A stretch of DNA of 64,000 nucleotides from the human T2T-CHM13v2.0 reference genome, Homo sapiens: the NCBI RefSeq assembly GCF_009914755.1, contig NC_060934.1; one strand, written 5' to 3'. Within the stretch, counting starts at the first letter, position 1. Each line of letters starts with the position of its first letter. The position numbers were made by a program, and so were the translations under genes. Below are positions 38,840 to 51,553 of this stretch, in pieces. The notes below the pieces were generated by a model. The model saw only the letters and a program-made list of their open reading frames with translations, was not told where the DNA came from and ran no database searches.

Positions 38840-41800
38840 ATAGGAGAGACTTCTATTTCTGGCAGTTAGGCAGACTAGATTACTGGAAAGACCCTCCCAC
38901 CGGGAAAAACCCTAAAATGTATAGTAAGATTTTTTAAAATATTTTTAATGACATCAATAACTACTCAATTAGCAAAGAATACTCATAAATCAATGATTAA
39001 GTGAAAGAGGAAACTCAGAGAAGGGGTAGCATATTGAAGGTGGCTTTCCCCTTAAGGATATTTGGTGAACCGAATAAATTCTAATAACTGTTCGCACAGC
39101 TTTCCCAACCATAAGGAATACAAGGAAGTCCAAGGCTCCTGTGCAGTATCTAATAGGAGACCCTCCCCATACGAGCCTGAAACCTCAAAAGGCTAAACTC
39201 TCAGTGTAAAGATGAACAAAAAATACTCCCCACTAGAAAACTACAAGGAAAACTGACTATCTCAAAACATAGTGCTGGGTAGGGCCAGGGGAATTTCCCT
39301 CTGAGAATTCATAACAATAAACCGTCCCTCACGTGAGTTTACAACCCAGTTTGATTGTATCTGAGTGGCCAAAAATCCTAAGCCATGAAGTTAAAGTATC
39401 CCCAGCTTGTAGTTTCCTCCAGCACCTTGTAGAATCAAATGTAAGTCATCTTGAAAGAACCCATCTTCAACCCAGGCCTCAAATTATTCCTAGAAATAAA
39501 GTTCCAAGATATTTAAGCTCACAACCAAAAAAAACCCCACAAAATATACAAGTAAACCAAGCACCAAGAGTGAGAAATAGCAGGGACATTATTAGACACC
39601 ACCATTATTAGACCTCAGATATTAGCATTATTAGCATACAACAGAAAGGAAATACAGCTAATATGTTTACATATTAAAAGAATTTGAAAAGCGAAAAAGC
39701 CACTGATTATGAAAAATGACCAATCATGTTGATAACATTCTAGAAATGAAAAAATATAATCAAATTGTAAAATTTGGAGATGTAAGTTTAGCGGAACATT
39801 ACATACAATTGAAAGAGAATGTGGTGAGCTGGAACACAGATTTTGGAGATGATGCCCAACCGAGAAACAGAATATGAGAGGTGAAGTGACATGGAATAGA
39901 TCTAACTTAGGTCTAGCTAAATTCCTAGTGGAAAGGAGAAAGAGAATGGGGGAAAGTCAATATAAGAGCAGCTAATAACCAAGAACTTTTCAGAACTGAT
40001 AAAAGGTAGAAACAAAAATCCACATATTCAGGGATCCAGATGAATTCCAAGCAGTGAAAATAAAAATCAATCTAAACTTGGAAGCACCATAGTGATAAAT
40101 GCAGAACACCAAAGACAAGGAGAAGATCTTTAAAACAGAGAGAAAAACCACTGTCCAAGAAACACAAACATCTCAGTACCTGACCTCTCAACAGTAATAA
40201 TGGAAATCAGAAGGCCATAAAATGTGCTTGGAAAAACCTCTCAGTCTCGAATACCCAGGAAAGAAATATTTCATGAACTAGGATAAAGATGTAATTTTCA
40301 TACAAACCAAAGCTAAAAGACTTTTTCACCAATAGACCCTCACAAAATAAAGCTGTATTGGATATAACTTCAAACTAAAGGATAAATAACCCAGGTGAAA
40401 GAAGAATGAATAATAAGCAAAGGAAGTGGTAAATATGTGGGCAAATCAAAATACGTGGTATGAAGAATAATAATGAAGTGCTGAATAAAAACTGAAAACC
40501 AAGCTACAAGTAAAATACATGACTACATGAATATCCCACATCTGGGTTCAGAGGGGGCTCTTCTGCCTTAAAGTATTCTCAGATCCTTGAATTGTTCTGG
40601 CAAAGAGCAAAGATAAGTAACTTTGATTTTCATAAGTTAAAGATGACTTAAAGTTTTTATGACCATATATGAAAGAGTAGGAATACTATGCATGACTTCC
40701 AAAGTAGTAGAGAGGGGAAATGGAATTGAAAGACAAACCTGGCTGGCTTGGAGGCTCACACCTGTAATCCCAGCACTTTGGGAGGCCGAGGCGGGCGGAT
40801 CACGAGGTCAACAGATTGAGGCCATCCTGGCCAACATGGTGAAACCCCGTCTCTAATAAAAATACAAAAATTAGCCAGTCATGGTGGCAGGCGCCTGTAG
40901 TGCCAGTTACTCAGGAGGCTGAGGCAGGAGAATCACTTGAACCTGGGAGGCAGGGGTTGCAGTGGGCCAAGATCATGCCACTGCACTCCAGTCTGGGCGA
41001 CAGAGCGAGCCTCTGTCTCAAAGGACAGCAAGAAAGGAGAGAAAAAAATGTAATATTAGCAGAACAAATAGGACAAAATCTAAATACCCCTAGTAAAAGA
41101 CTTAAATTATCAGGCTGTGTTGTTTTTAAACCTGTCTGTGTATTAGAGATGTAGCCAAAATACAAACAGATAAGTAAAAAGATGGCAAAAGATATCCAAT
41201 GCAAAAACCCAAAACAGCCGGCTTTCTTACACCAAACATCATACAAAACAGACTTCAAGGAAAAATTAGAAACAAAAAGGTTGCCCCAAAAAGGTTTATT
41301 TCACCAGAAGATAGGATAATTTCCAAATCTATGCAAGTAGTAACCTCTTGCATAGAAATATACCTTCAAGATACATTTCCAAAAATAAGCATGTTTACAT
41401 GGAGTTGGAATGACAGACGTTCACATGCTTCTTCCAGTAACTGACAGATCAGGCAGGCCAAGAAATGTCTTACATTTAAATGTTTTCCATTTTAGAAGTT
41501 TATTGAAGATATTATGAATAACTTTATACCAATATAGAGTTGAAAACAAAATACAGCAATTTCTAGAAAGCAGCAACTTAGTAAAACGGATTCAAGAACA
41601 AAAAGAAAAGTTCAGTCATCCTATTTATCAGGGAAATGTAATCACTATTTCAGAATCTTCCCATGAAGAAATACAAAGTCCAGAACATTTTACTGGCAAG
41701 TGCTACCACACACTTAAATGACAATTAATTTTAATCTGACACAGTCTATTCCAGAGAACAGAAAAATAGGAACACTCTCCCAGTCACTGTATGAAGTTAG

Positions 41801-41930
41801 CAAAACCTTGGTAGCAAAACTAAAGACAGTACAAGAAGGAAAAATAAAGGCCCATCTTACTCATGCCCATAGGCTTAAAAAAAAAAAAAAGAACTAAGCA
41901 AGATATTATCCAATAATGAAGCCAAAGAAT
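38840..41930 (+). mobile_element. Old L1 (L1M-type) remnant, sense, interrupted by an Alu
   Basis: A-rich degenerate ORF1/ORF2-like text (ccacatattcagg...cagacttcaagg...ggaacactctcccagtcactgtatgaag). No intact ORF. Confidence 0.65.
40741..41022 (+). mobile_element. Alu (AluS)
   Basis: gctcacacctgtaatcccagcactttgggaggccgaggcgggcggatcacgagg...ctctgtctcaaa. Confidence 0.93.
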
Positions 41931-42227
41931 GATTGTCAACTTCATTATGTCTAAACCTGGCAGGGCAGGCCTCCCATTCGCAGATTTCCCCACCATCCAG
42001 CAGTGAGTGTGTTTGCAGTATTGGTAAAACAGTGCTGTGAAGATTTTTTTAATCACCAAATCTGTCAAAATTGCCACAAGTACAATCCCACATGTCCTTC
42101 ACCCAAAGCCACAAGCACAGCTCCTCAGCTCCGTCCACTGAGATGATGACAGAAGGATTTCCAGTCTCGGCTCTCACTCACCTCGTGTCTTCTCTCCCCT
42201 TGTCTCTGTTTTCCTTTTGTTTTTCAG

Positions 42228-42347
42228 TGGCTGCTTCAACCCCCAACTCCACTGCTGGTGCAGCCATGAACTCCTTGACCTCTCTCGGGACTCTGCAAGG
42301 ACTGGCTGGAGCCACTGTTGGACTGAATAATATTAATGCACTAGCAG
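42228..42347 (+). CDS. CELF2: CELF2 coding exon (120 nt; 132 nt to alternative donor at 42359) VAASTPNSTAGAAMNSLTSLGTLQGLAGATVGLNNINALA[GTIN]
   Basis: Long pyrimidine tract ending in ttttcag|. Donors are CAG|gtacca (42347) and ACA|gtgagt (42359), both phase 1. Confidence 0.96.
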
Positions 42348-44919
42348 GTACCATCAACAGTGAGTATTTGCTGCTCTGGTGGACAGCCTTCCCCCAAATT
42401 CTCCACAGAAAGTGGTCAGCCAGAAATGACCCGAAAAAGGATATGCCACGGGGAGAACTAAAACTTGGGATGGAGGAGCACATGCTTTGATAGGCAAAAG
42501 CTGTCTACACTCGTTTTGCCTCAGAAAATCCCCAACCACTCTCCACCCCCAGATTCTCTTCAGTGTGTAGCACAGCGCGTGTGCTCATCCATGGGGTTCT
42601 GTGGCTGGCAGCTCTTTTCAGGTTTCCAGGAGTTTGGTTTGGTTTGGTTTCGGTCGGTTCTGTCCTGCGAGGCAGGGTGTTACGGTGGGAAAAGTTAATG
42701 GACTGGAAGGCTGGAAGCCTGAACCCAGCTCTGCTGCCAGGCAGCTGTGGGAAGTCAGGCAGATGCTGCTCCCTCTCTGGGCTTGGGAGTCTCCATTTGA
42801 GAATGGAAAGTTCTGGGTCAGATGATTCTTAAAGGTAGCCTCCAGCTCCAAAGTCTAAAGATTCATGACAATTAAATAGGGGAGAAAATTAGGCCTTGGA
42901 AAGAAGGAAATGAAACTGAGGGGAGAGGAGCCACTGCTGGCAGTGACATGATCAGAATCTTTATTAAGCACCCACAGGTATGGGTCACTCTACATCAGTG
43001 ACCATCCAGAGGGACATCATTTAGCTGTGGCAGGTTGAAATAGGCTGGAGGCAAATCACTTAGAAAATTGTACTTGGTTCCGAAACATATGGATGGACTC
43101 ACCAGAGAACTGCAGGTTCTGTCCTCCACAGCCCACCCGCTCCTGTCATTCTCGGTTGATGGGGGAGCAGTGTGCCGGCCAGAGGATAAGTCGTGTTTTA
43201 GATTCATGCTCGGTGTGGGTTCCTGTACTGAGGAAACTGATCCTCAGCCCACAGCGGGGACATGTAATTTCCCTGTCCCTCCGTTTCAGATCCCCTGGTT
43301 GCCTGAGAGTAGCCAAGCCCAGCAGATCCACGACAGCTAACAGAGCTGCTGATACGGGAGCCCAGTTAGCTACCATGCAGCCCAGGCACCCCGGCACCTG
43401 CCCATTCTCATTTTTAATAAAGGAGTCCGTGACAGTTGTTGCCCTATTTTAAGCCATGGTTCAATAAGTGGACTGTTTTTAAAGGGTGACCAGGCAGTAT
43501 ACTTTTTTAAAGCAAAATAATCCCAGTAATTTCATACTGTAAAGGCTCGGAATACCTTGCACTGGACTTGGTAGAAAATGAACCTAAAATTTATCCAAAT
43601 AAAAATTAACTTGTATAATCCTGATAAATCATTTTCAGAATTAGGACATTTTTCAGGTTTTAGTACATCTTTGTATTTAGTACATCTTTTGGGGAAAAGC
43701 GAAAACGTGGACCGAGCTTTAGCTGACCATACCTCCCAAATGGGACGGCTCGTGATTAGCGTGGAGCCCGTGAAGTGGTAGCTGTGCCGCGGCCTCATTG
43801 TTTTATTCCAGTTAGAACCGCCTCCAGCTTTGACTTTTCCAGCAGCCAAGTAGGAGCCTCACTGCCTTGACCCCCATTTCCGGTACAGCTCCTCGCTCTG
43901 ACCTTGTCCTTCACCTAGGTCGAGGACGCGTGTGCTCGCACACATCCCCTCATGCTGCTTCTCTTGCCCCAGGACCTAGTTCCCCTAAAACAAGGACTTT
44001 GATTTGACCGCCTGCCTGTCCTTGGTCTGCAGAGTAACAGGCCAGTGGGAATGGTTGTCCTCCTCAGCACGTGCTCATGACTGGTGTGTGTGTGTCCTCT
44101 CGTCTGCGTCCCGCCCTGTCCACGCTGCTCTGCTCTGCATTGCTGAGATTTTCCCATCGTTCTCGTCAGGGACTGGAGAGGGGCTGTGTTGAATGGCAGA
44201 GAAACCATGAGTAGTTCTTGTGTGGGGTCTTGTGTGATACACATTTTGCTTCTGGCAAGGACAACAGGCTTAAATTGTTTTGCTTTTTAAAATTCTTTGC
44301 CAATGGGTTAATATAAGTCTGTATAGTTCATAGAAAACGAAGAAAGAATGTTTGTCATTTCAAATAACCCCTGCTAGATAGTATGAACCAAGAAAATATT
44401 TAATTAAACCCAAAACCAGACACCAATGAAAATACATTCCTTGTGATTGGAAAGTGTTACTAATGCAGAGCCGTTTTACAATCTCCAGCATTGACCTCGA
44501 GCTAATATTTGCTGCTTGTCTCTAAATATCAACAGAAAACCTTCCAAGATAGAGTATCTTCTTTCAGACCATTCCTTCTCAACAGAGATGATTATGCTAC
44601 CAGTTCCACTGGATAATTCCTAAAGAAATTCGTCAAGCAGTGGTTACCTGGACAGAGTCAGCTTCTCAAATAGTTGACGGCAGCTTCCATAGCACTGCTA
44701 TGAATCCCACCCCACTGCAGCAGCCATTATCTGTTTCCATATGGAGAGTATTCAGGTTTTCTGAATAGAGCCAACTCTTACCCACCGACACAGCGGTCAG
44801 CAAGAAAGCAGGTAGATGACTCACCAGAGCCAACATTTTACCCTCTTTCCTGCCCAAGAGCCCAGCACCTCTCCCAAAAAACGAAGTTTTTGGTCAGTAG
44901 ACAAGTAGCTCAATTAAAC

Positions 44920-47900
44920 TGTTTGAGTTTGATATCCTTTTTATTCCCTGATACATTAATGAGTCAAAGGGCTAAAAAACAGTACAGCGCCCTAAAAATG
45001 TAAGAATCATCCAGATCAGAAGAAGGAACACATGTGATTGACCATCAGAGTGTTCACCTCTGGATTTTTTCAGGGTTCCCTGAGCATGTTTTATATGTTA
45101 ACATCTGAACTAAGTTGAAGAACATACTTTTTCCACCCAAGAGTCTGTATCTGATTTTATGTGTTTCAGTGTATGTCAAGTGGCATCTTATTTTTCCTTG
45201 TTTTAATGCATAATTCGAATGGCTTCCAAATGGCTTACCATATAGTGCTTAAAATTATGATTGTTTAAAAAAAAAAAACAGCTGCAGATGCCTGGTGAAA
45301 AGTGTCTATGGAAATATTTTCTGTGAAGTAGAGAAAAGAGAAGATGCTCCAGGCATATTTTCGTGGCTTGGCACTACTTGCATTGTGAAATTACTGTTTT
45401 AATCTGTATTCCTAATATCTATAGTTTACACAGCCCCACACAACCTTTGTGCCCTTAATAACACAGGCAGATATATAAGTGACACCCAGTGCACATATAG
45501 ACATCTTCATCTACCTTAGTTCTAGATATTTTATACTTAGCTTCTCATTTATCAGCTTGCAGCTTAGAAGGATAATCCGTCATCTATACAAAGAAAAACT
45601 TACCCCAGTGAAGTGGTTACAAATCTGTGAGAATATTAAGACATTCTCCCTTTTTCTTTGATTTGGGATAAAGCCTAGCAGGGCAGCTTGCAGGGAATGT
45701 GGTCTGCTTATGGCACTTGGCTTGTGATTCTCCTTTTCAGTGTCATCTCCTTAGTCCCCCAACAAAAGACATTCACGCTCATGTTTATGGGTTAGTCCTT
45801 CTGTGTCATGTTAACAGATTCAGTCATCTCCCAGCTCCTGGGTCTCTATTGTAAGTTGAGGGCCTCTGGAGAGGAATGAGGCAGAAGAAACTCAGTAGTC
45901 AGGCTGCGTGCCGGCCCTACTGACGGGCCAGGTGCAGAGGCCTTGCTGCGCACTGCCGCACCTGTCACTTGCTTCCAGCCTTCCTTGTCTAAATAGCATG
46001 CATGGGAATGGAGATGATAATAATAATAAATGAGAGGAAATGGTCGATCCAGTGGACCATTTCAAGGAAAAGCCCTATTCTTTTAAGTGGAAGCATTTTA
46101 TTCAACTTGACTTTCTTCACAGCTCTGCTTCTGTTATCCAGAGCTTTTAGAGGAAATCAAGTGCCTGCAGCTGGGTTGACCAACACTGTCTTTGATAGAA
46201 TTAATCTAGAACAACATCAGGTGACTCACAGGAACTGTTCTCAGAAGTGGAAGGCCGCCTCTGATTGTTCTTCAAACCCTACCAGGTTTTCAGCTACTTT
46301 TCCACCCTGGACCTAGGAACCACCCTCCCAGATTTTCCACGATAGTTGTGGTTTAAAATATTCTCAGTGTGCTGGTACTTGTTAGAACTTTTTTGTTCAC
46401 ATGGATGTTTATACCATGGAGGTGGCGAGCCCCTGGCTGGAGAGGCCAAACCCTCCCCGTGTCCCCTGACTGGTCCCCCTTGAGCATCTGCATCCCTTGC
46501 TCATGGTACCGCCTCTGCCACCTCCCCAGGGAAACAGGGCTGGCCACAGCTGTCTCCTACATGCACAGCACCAGCAGAAGTAAACACGACCCTTCCAGAA
46601 AGCAGATTAGCTCTGAGGTGTAGTCCAGAGACACAGCCAGCCTCTGTGAAGTGGAGCCAGGAGAGAAGGATGTGGCTGGAATGTCACTGGCTGGAGCTCC
46701 AAGCCTCACAATACCCTCTGAAACATCCATCCAGTATTTCAAGAGCAGGAGCTGTGTTCTGCTTCTGCATTGTAAGAGAGAAACATTTTTGGCAAAAGGG
46801 AGAAAGAGTTCAAAGTAGGAAGATAATTTTTCTGACCTGGAAATTAAAAAAACAGCTGTGTACAGAGAAGGGAGTTGGGTCCCAGTGACCACTGCCATAA
46901 AATGCCACCTGTGTATCTGGCACTCTGGAGAAGCCGAGTCGTGGAGGCTGCACATCGCAGGAAGGATCCCCCGTGGGTCTCACATGACAGGGCCTGAAAA
47001 CTCCCACCCGCAGCAGACAAGGCATCATGGTGGTGCGATGCTGCCCACCCCTCCATGGGAACTTGGAGGCGTCCACTGGAGACGAGCTGCTGTCTTCAGC
47101 CCGTCCTCGTCTGGCAGCAAGGCCCCACATGGCTCTGCAGGCTGCGAGGCACACCCAGAACCTCATGCCTTGAGATCCAAGCAGAGCGGCGAGTCGCCGC
47201 TCCTCTCCCGCCAGAATTTCCTCCACACGGGCATCTGCATTTCCAGAGGACTGTGCCCAGAGTGCGATCATCTGTAATCCACAGCACCCGTTAACAGCCT
47301 GGCCAAAGTGAGACCAACAGAATTTATCAGCAGCGTCCAGCCCTTCCCGAGTTATTGTACATACCCCTCTCACCTATCTCAAAAAACACGGAAGTTCCTT
47401 TGCATCACACAAATAGTGGGAGGTGAGGATGAAGTAAGATCACTGGAGGAATAGAGAAATGACTCTCCAGCCCTCTGGTGGCCATAGTAACAGGGACAGA
47501 GGGGAAGCACAGCGGCAGGGAGGTGGCCGCGATTTGCTGGTGTCCGAGGGATCATTTAGGGTAATTAGGACAGTCTGCATCCAAGCTCTTTGGACAGCAC
47601 TTACTTGCATGACCCAAAGAAAACATTAATGAAAATCTCAATGATTTTCATTAATAGATAGACCCCTTCATAATGAGAAACAAAAGCAGACACAGCAGGG
47701 CCTCAGCTGGCAACACCTCTGAACTGAGCCTGCACTCAGGAGGCTGCCACTCCATTCTCACGCCATTCACACTCGTCTCGCCACCCCTGCTTGGTGTCTG
47801 TTCTGAGAAGCACAGGAATACCCGAGGTGAGGCACAATGACAGTCCTCCACTGTTAAGCTATAGCCTAATTCATATCTTACATGTGTCCTTTTAATTGAA

Positions 47901-47970
47901 GAGGCGAAGTTGGCCAAATAGAAGCACAAGTGGAGTAAACAGAACATTCCCCACCTGCTCTGTTAGGGCA
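44920..47970 (-). ncRNA. CELF2-AS1: CELF2-AS1 (C10orf31) antisense transcript; two exons (intron 47881..47299) with a putative 184-aa ORF (47947-47882 + 47298-46810)
   Basis: On the - strand, a CAT|gtaaga donor and a ctcactttggccag|GCT acceptor join MFCLLHLCFYLANFASSIKRTH to AVNGCCGLQMIALWAQ...KIIFLL*, which I recognise as the C10orf31 putative protein. AATAAA on the - strand lies at 44945-44940. Transcript ends are approximate. Confidence 0.75.
47466..47484 (-). promoter_or_regulatory. Candidate CTCF site TGGCCACCAGAGGGCTGGA
   Basis: Close match to the CTCF core consensus TGGCCACCAGGGGGCGC. Motif only. Confidence 0.5.
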
Positions 47971-48943
47971 GTAGCGTTGCTGGGCGTGTGGAGGTCACTC
48001 TGCTGCCGGATTCTCTGGTGTTTCCAGGCAGCCTTACCTTAGCTGTCCTCCATTCTCATTAGACTTCTTACCTATTTTTTCAGTTAGCCATCCTTGCTGT
48101 TTTCATATCTCCAATCAATAGCCCTACTTTCATTGAGATTTTCATTAATGTTTTCAATAAGCTCTTCTCAGAAACATCTTTTCTTAAAGAACTGTGATCA
48201 TAAAGGGACCCAGAGGCAATTGTGATGTCACCTCTTCCGTTTCCTGAGTTGATATGAAAGTTAGCACTCTATAAAGTGTTGCTTGCTTTGACTCCGTATT
48301 CAGGGAAAATGTGACAGTCAGCCACCCCAGTAGAGCCAAAGAGCAGTCAGGATACAAGGGGAGAAATCGAGTCTACTGGCCACCATCCCGTTCCCATCAG
48401 GTGATAGCCAAGGTCCAGCCCATAGACACACCTCTGTCTCCAGCTGACTGAAAAACATGACCTGGAGCTCTTTCAGTGGCCGAAACCCCAGTTGCCACTT
48501 GGGCATGTGTGCATGCGTGCACGCACAGAATAACTATTTGCTGCTGAAAACTGCACCACTTTGATACCGAACGAGTAGCTTCAGCTCTCTGCGACTGTGG
48601 GAAGGGTCCACATGGCTTCTGTGCCTCAATTCTTCATCAGCCAGGCTATTTATTCCTAAGGTCCTAGTCCCTGACATCATCATTCAGCTGTTTAGAAAGT
48701 CCGTTTTCCCACACTGTAACTCCTCAAACTGCAGGTCCACTGGTTCCGAGAGTACAGAACTTGTCCTCTCCACCATTTCCTCATCACACGGCCTAAGGGA
48801 AAAAAGTTTTATTTCATCCTTTCCTCCTCAGCCCTGCAAGCTATCCCATAGTTCCTCAAAGAGCCCAGTAAATGGATTTCAGTGTACAGATGTTACAGGC
48901 CTCTGCTACTAAGGTTTTTTTTTTTTTTTTACATGCTCCTAAG

Positions 48944-48985
48944 CTCCCAGAAGCAAAAGGCTTTTACTTCCAAAAGATAACAACG
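48944..48985 (+). CDS. CELF2: CELF2 42-nt alternative cassette exon (T/A)PRSKRLLLPKDNN
   Basis: tactaag branch-like motif, T16 tract, cctaag| acceptor and ACG|gtactt donor. Symmetric phase 1-1 with no stop. I recall this peptide from a rodent Celf2 isoform. Confidence 0.75.
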
Positions 48986-49275
48986 GTACTTGCCAGTAGC
49001 ACGCTGCATGGCATTGAGCTGTCTCGTCTAACTCGTGCCACAGTGCATTTGAATCACTGGCCTAGGGAGTGAGGGTTCTCATGGCTTAGGTCATTTTCCC
49101 CCATTATCACGATTTATTTCTTCATGGTTTCATTTTTAGTTTCCTGTCAGTGTAATTGTGTGCTAGCTGCATGTACTTGCTGTTGTACTGTGTTTAAATG
49201 ATTCTCTAACTTCCTTTGGAAAGCACTAATGAATAAGTGCTGTTTCTCTTCTCTATTGTTGGGTTTTTTGTAAAG

Positions 49276-49473
49276 TTGCTCAAATGCTCTCAGGTATGGC
49301 GGCTCTGAATGGAGGACTTGGCGCCACAGGCTTGACGAATGGCACGGCTGGCACCATGGACGCCCTCACCCAGGCCTACTCAGGAATTCAACAGTACGCA
49401 GCCGCCGCGCTGCCCACTCTGTACAGCCAGAGCCTGCTGCAGCAGCAGAGCGCTGCAGGCAGCCAGAAGGAAG
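49276..49473 (+). CDS. CELF2: CELF2 coding exon (198 nt; 180 nt from alternative acceptor 49294) [VAQMLS][13 protein letters not shown]...[11 protein letters not shown](G)
   Basis: Acceptors taaag| (49276) and ctctcag| (49294) are 18 nt apart. Donor AAG|gtaggt. Confidence 0.96.
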
Positions 49474-49621
49474 GTAGGTGCCGCCCTTGGCCCCAGGCAG
49501 GGCCCAGCCCAACAGGCAGCACTGGCCTCTAGAGCACGGTTAGAAGGTATCAAATTGAACTGAACCCATGTCATAACAGAAAGCAGTTGTTTTGTTATTC
49601 ATGTTTAAAAAAAAAAAAACT

Positions 49622-49798
49622 GAAAGCTGGGCATGGTGGCATACACCTGTAGTCGCAGTTACTTGGCAGGTTGAGATGGGAGGATCGCTTGAGCCCAGGA
49701 GCTGAGGCTGCAGTGAGCCATGGTCATGCCTGTGACTAGCCACTGCACTCCATTCGGGGAACACAGACATACCCCTCTCTCTCAAACAAAAGCAAAAA
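49622..49798 (+). mobile_element. Alu right-arm fragment (FRAM/AluJ-like)
   Basis: agctgggcatggtggcatacacctgtagtc...gaggatcgcttgagcccaggag...ctcaaacaaaagcaaaaa. Confidence 0.85.
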
Positions 49799-51509
49799 CC
49801 TATTTATTTCAGTCTTTCTCACTTGGTCTTATAGTTACCTTCTAATTTAATTTTTCATCGATCTCTTCAGATGAAGTTCTTGTCCATTGTATATTTATAT
49901 ACCACTCTGGCTTTGTTGATAAATAAATGGTTTCAATTATTTCCCCCAGCTACATCTTCTGAAGGGTTATGGCATCTCTGCAGATCTAAGTCCAGGAAAG
50001 TTGATCACCTTTCTTGCAATCCCCAAATATCCTCTCACTGCTCACCCCCTGCCATAATTAAGTTCTATAAACTATTAATTTCCCATAAACTACTTCATAG
50101 CTGCTGACTGTAAATAATTCCCAGGGACCTCCCTCTCCCAAGTCAGCACAGACCATCACCTTTTCCCCTTACACAGAAACTACTTGTTGGGGGAAGGGGA
50201 TGGATGGCCACAGGCTTCTGTGGGTGAAACGCTCTCTGTCCTGTGTTTGCCAGGGTTTTGGAGTCCACACATCCTATGAGTGTGTGGCCGGCTCTCAGTA
50301 GGTGATGGTTTTCAGGTGAATGATAAAATCCATGGTTAGGATTGCCTTGGTCTTTGTTTAATTGGGGGTCTTCAGGGAAAGCAAGTAAGTGATCGATTGC
50401 CTTGCTTCTCTGCCAGTAAAGCAAAATAAACTCCAGGAAGTTAATGCTAAGAATAAATTAAAGCTAATTATGAAATGGTTCATGAGTAAGACCAAATAAG
50501 GATCACTGGTCATTCTTCCTTACTTGAAGCTCCTTTAGAGCAAAATCTGCTGAATGATATTTTTTTCTGACTTGTTTAAATATGGGATAAAAAGCTAGAA
50601 TAGAGAAGCACTAAGGGAGATTTTTTGAAGTTTCTTTCCCTTCTCTTTTACCCTCACCCCATAGCTCCAAACTGCTTTGTCTGAAGTGGGTTTTAAGAGA
50701 ACACAGCTTAAAAGATACTCATGGTTTTGTTTTTTTTTTAAAGGAAGGAAAAGGTTTTTTCTTTGTATAAATAACATGGATATCACTTTTAAAATGAAAA
50801 ATATATGAAAGTCTAAGTTACTTTTCATTATTTCAACTTTCTCTTTGACTATTATGGTAGGCTTTTGAAACATGCACAGGTGTTCAGACAACTGGTTCCC
50901 CAGGCTTGTGAAAGAGACCCTACATCATAAACATCACTTGTCTTCCCAAAGAAAGGCCTGTGTGTGTTCCTTTTCTCTGTGGTCTGAGTACCATGGTGAC
51001 AAATGAGGGCAGAGAGCAGGGCCCTGTAGGACAATGATATCATCACACAGAGGCCAGAAGGCCAGTTCCCCACATGGTGGTCACCTCTCCACTACAGAGC
51101 AGGGCCTTCCAGTAAACTCTAGAGCAGTTTAGGGATGAAGTCTGGGCCCTGAAACAACATGTTTCGAAACAACATGTTTCTGAGGTTTCATCTGAGCCCA
51201 CTGCCCTCAACTTACTCGCCTGGAGTTTTAGGGGTTACTGCTTAGTGCAGTAATTCCCCTTCTGAGATTAAGATAAAATTGCCCAAAATAACCATTGCCC
51301 ACTCCTGATTTAAGAGTGCGGGTTTTCAGTAGCATGCTTTTGGGTTTTTGATTTGTTCAGTTTTTCTTTGGAATCATCTCCCACCTTGTCATAACTCTCT
51401 TCTGATCCCTTTCTCACCCAGTTAATATGTGCTCAAGAAATTTAAACCATCTTCTTATTAGTTTAAGTAAAACATAATTTTAAAAGCAAATGATGCCAGG
51501 CAGAGCAAA

Positions 51510-51551
<42 letters not shown>
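51510..51551 (+). repeat. (AAT)14 microsatellite
   Basis: Directly read. Confidence 0.95.

Positions 51552-51553
<2 letters not shown>

Noticed and set aside
42071-42490. 139-aa single ORF (likewise 1783, 16497, 49284, 56888)
   Set aside because: Only the splice-site-bounded cores are CELF2 exons; the flanks are intronic read-through.
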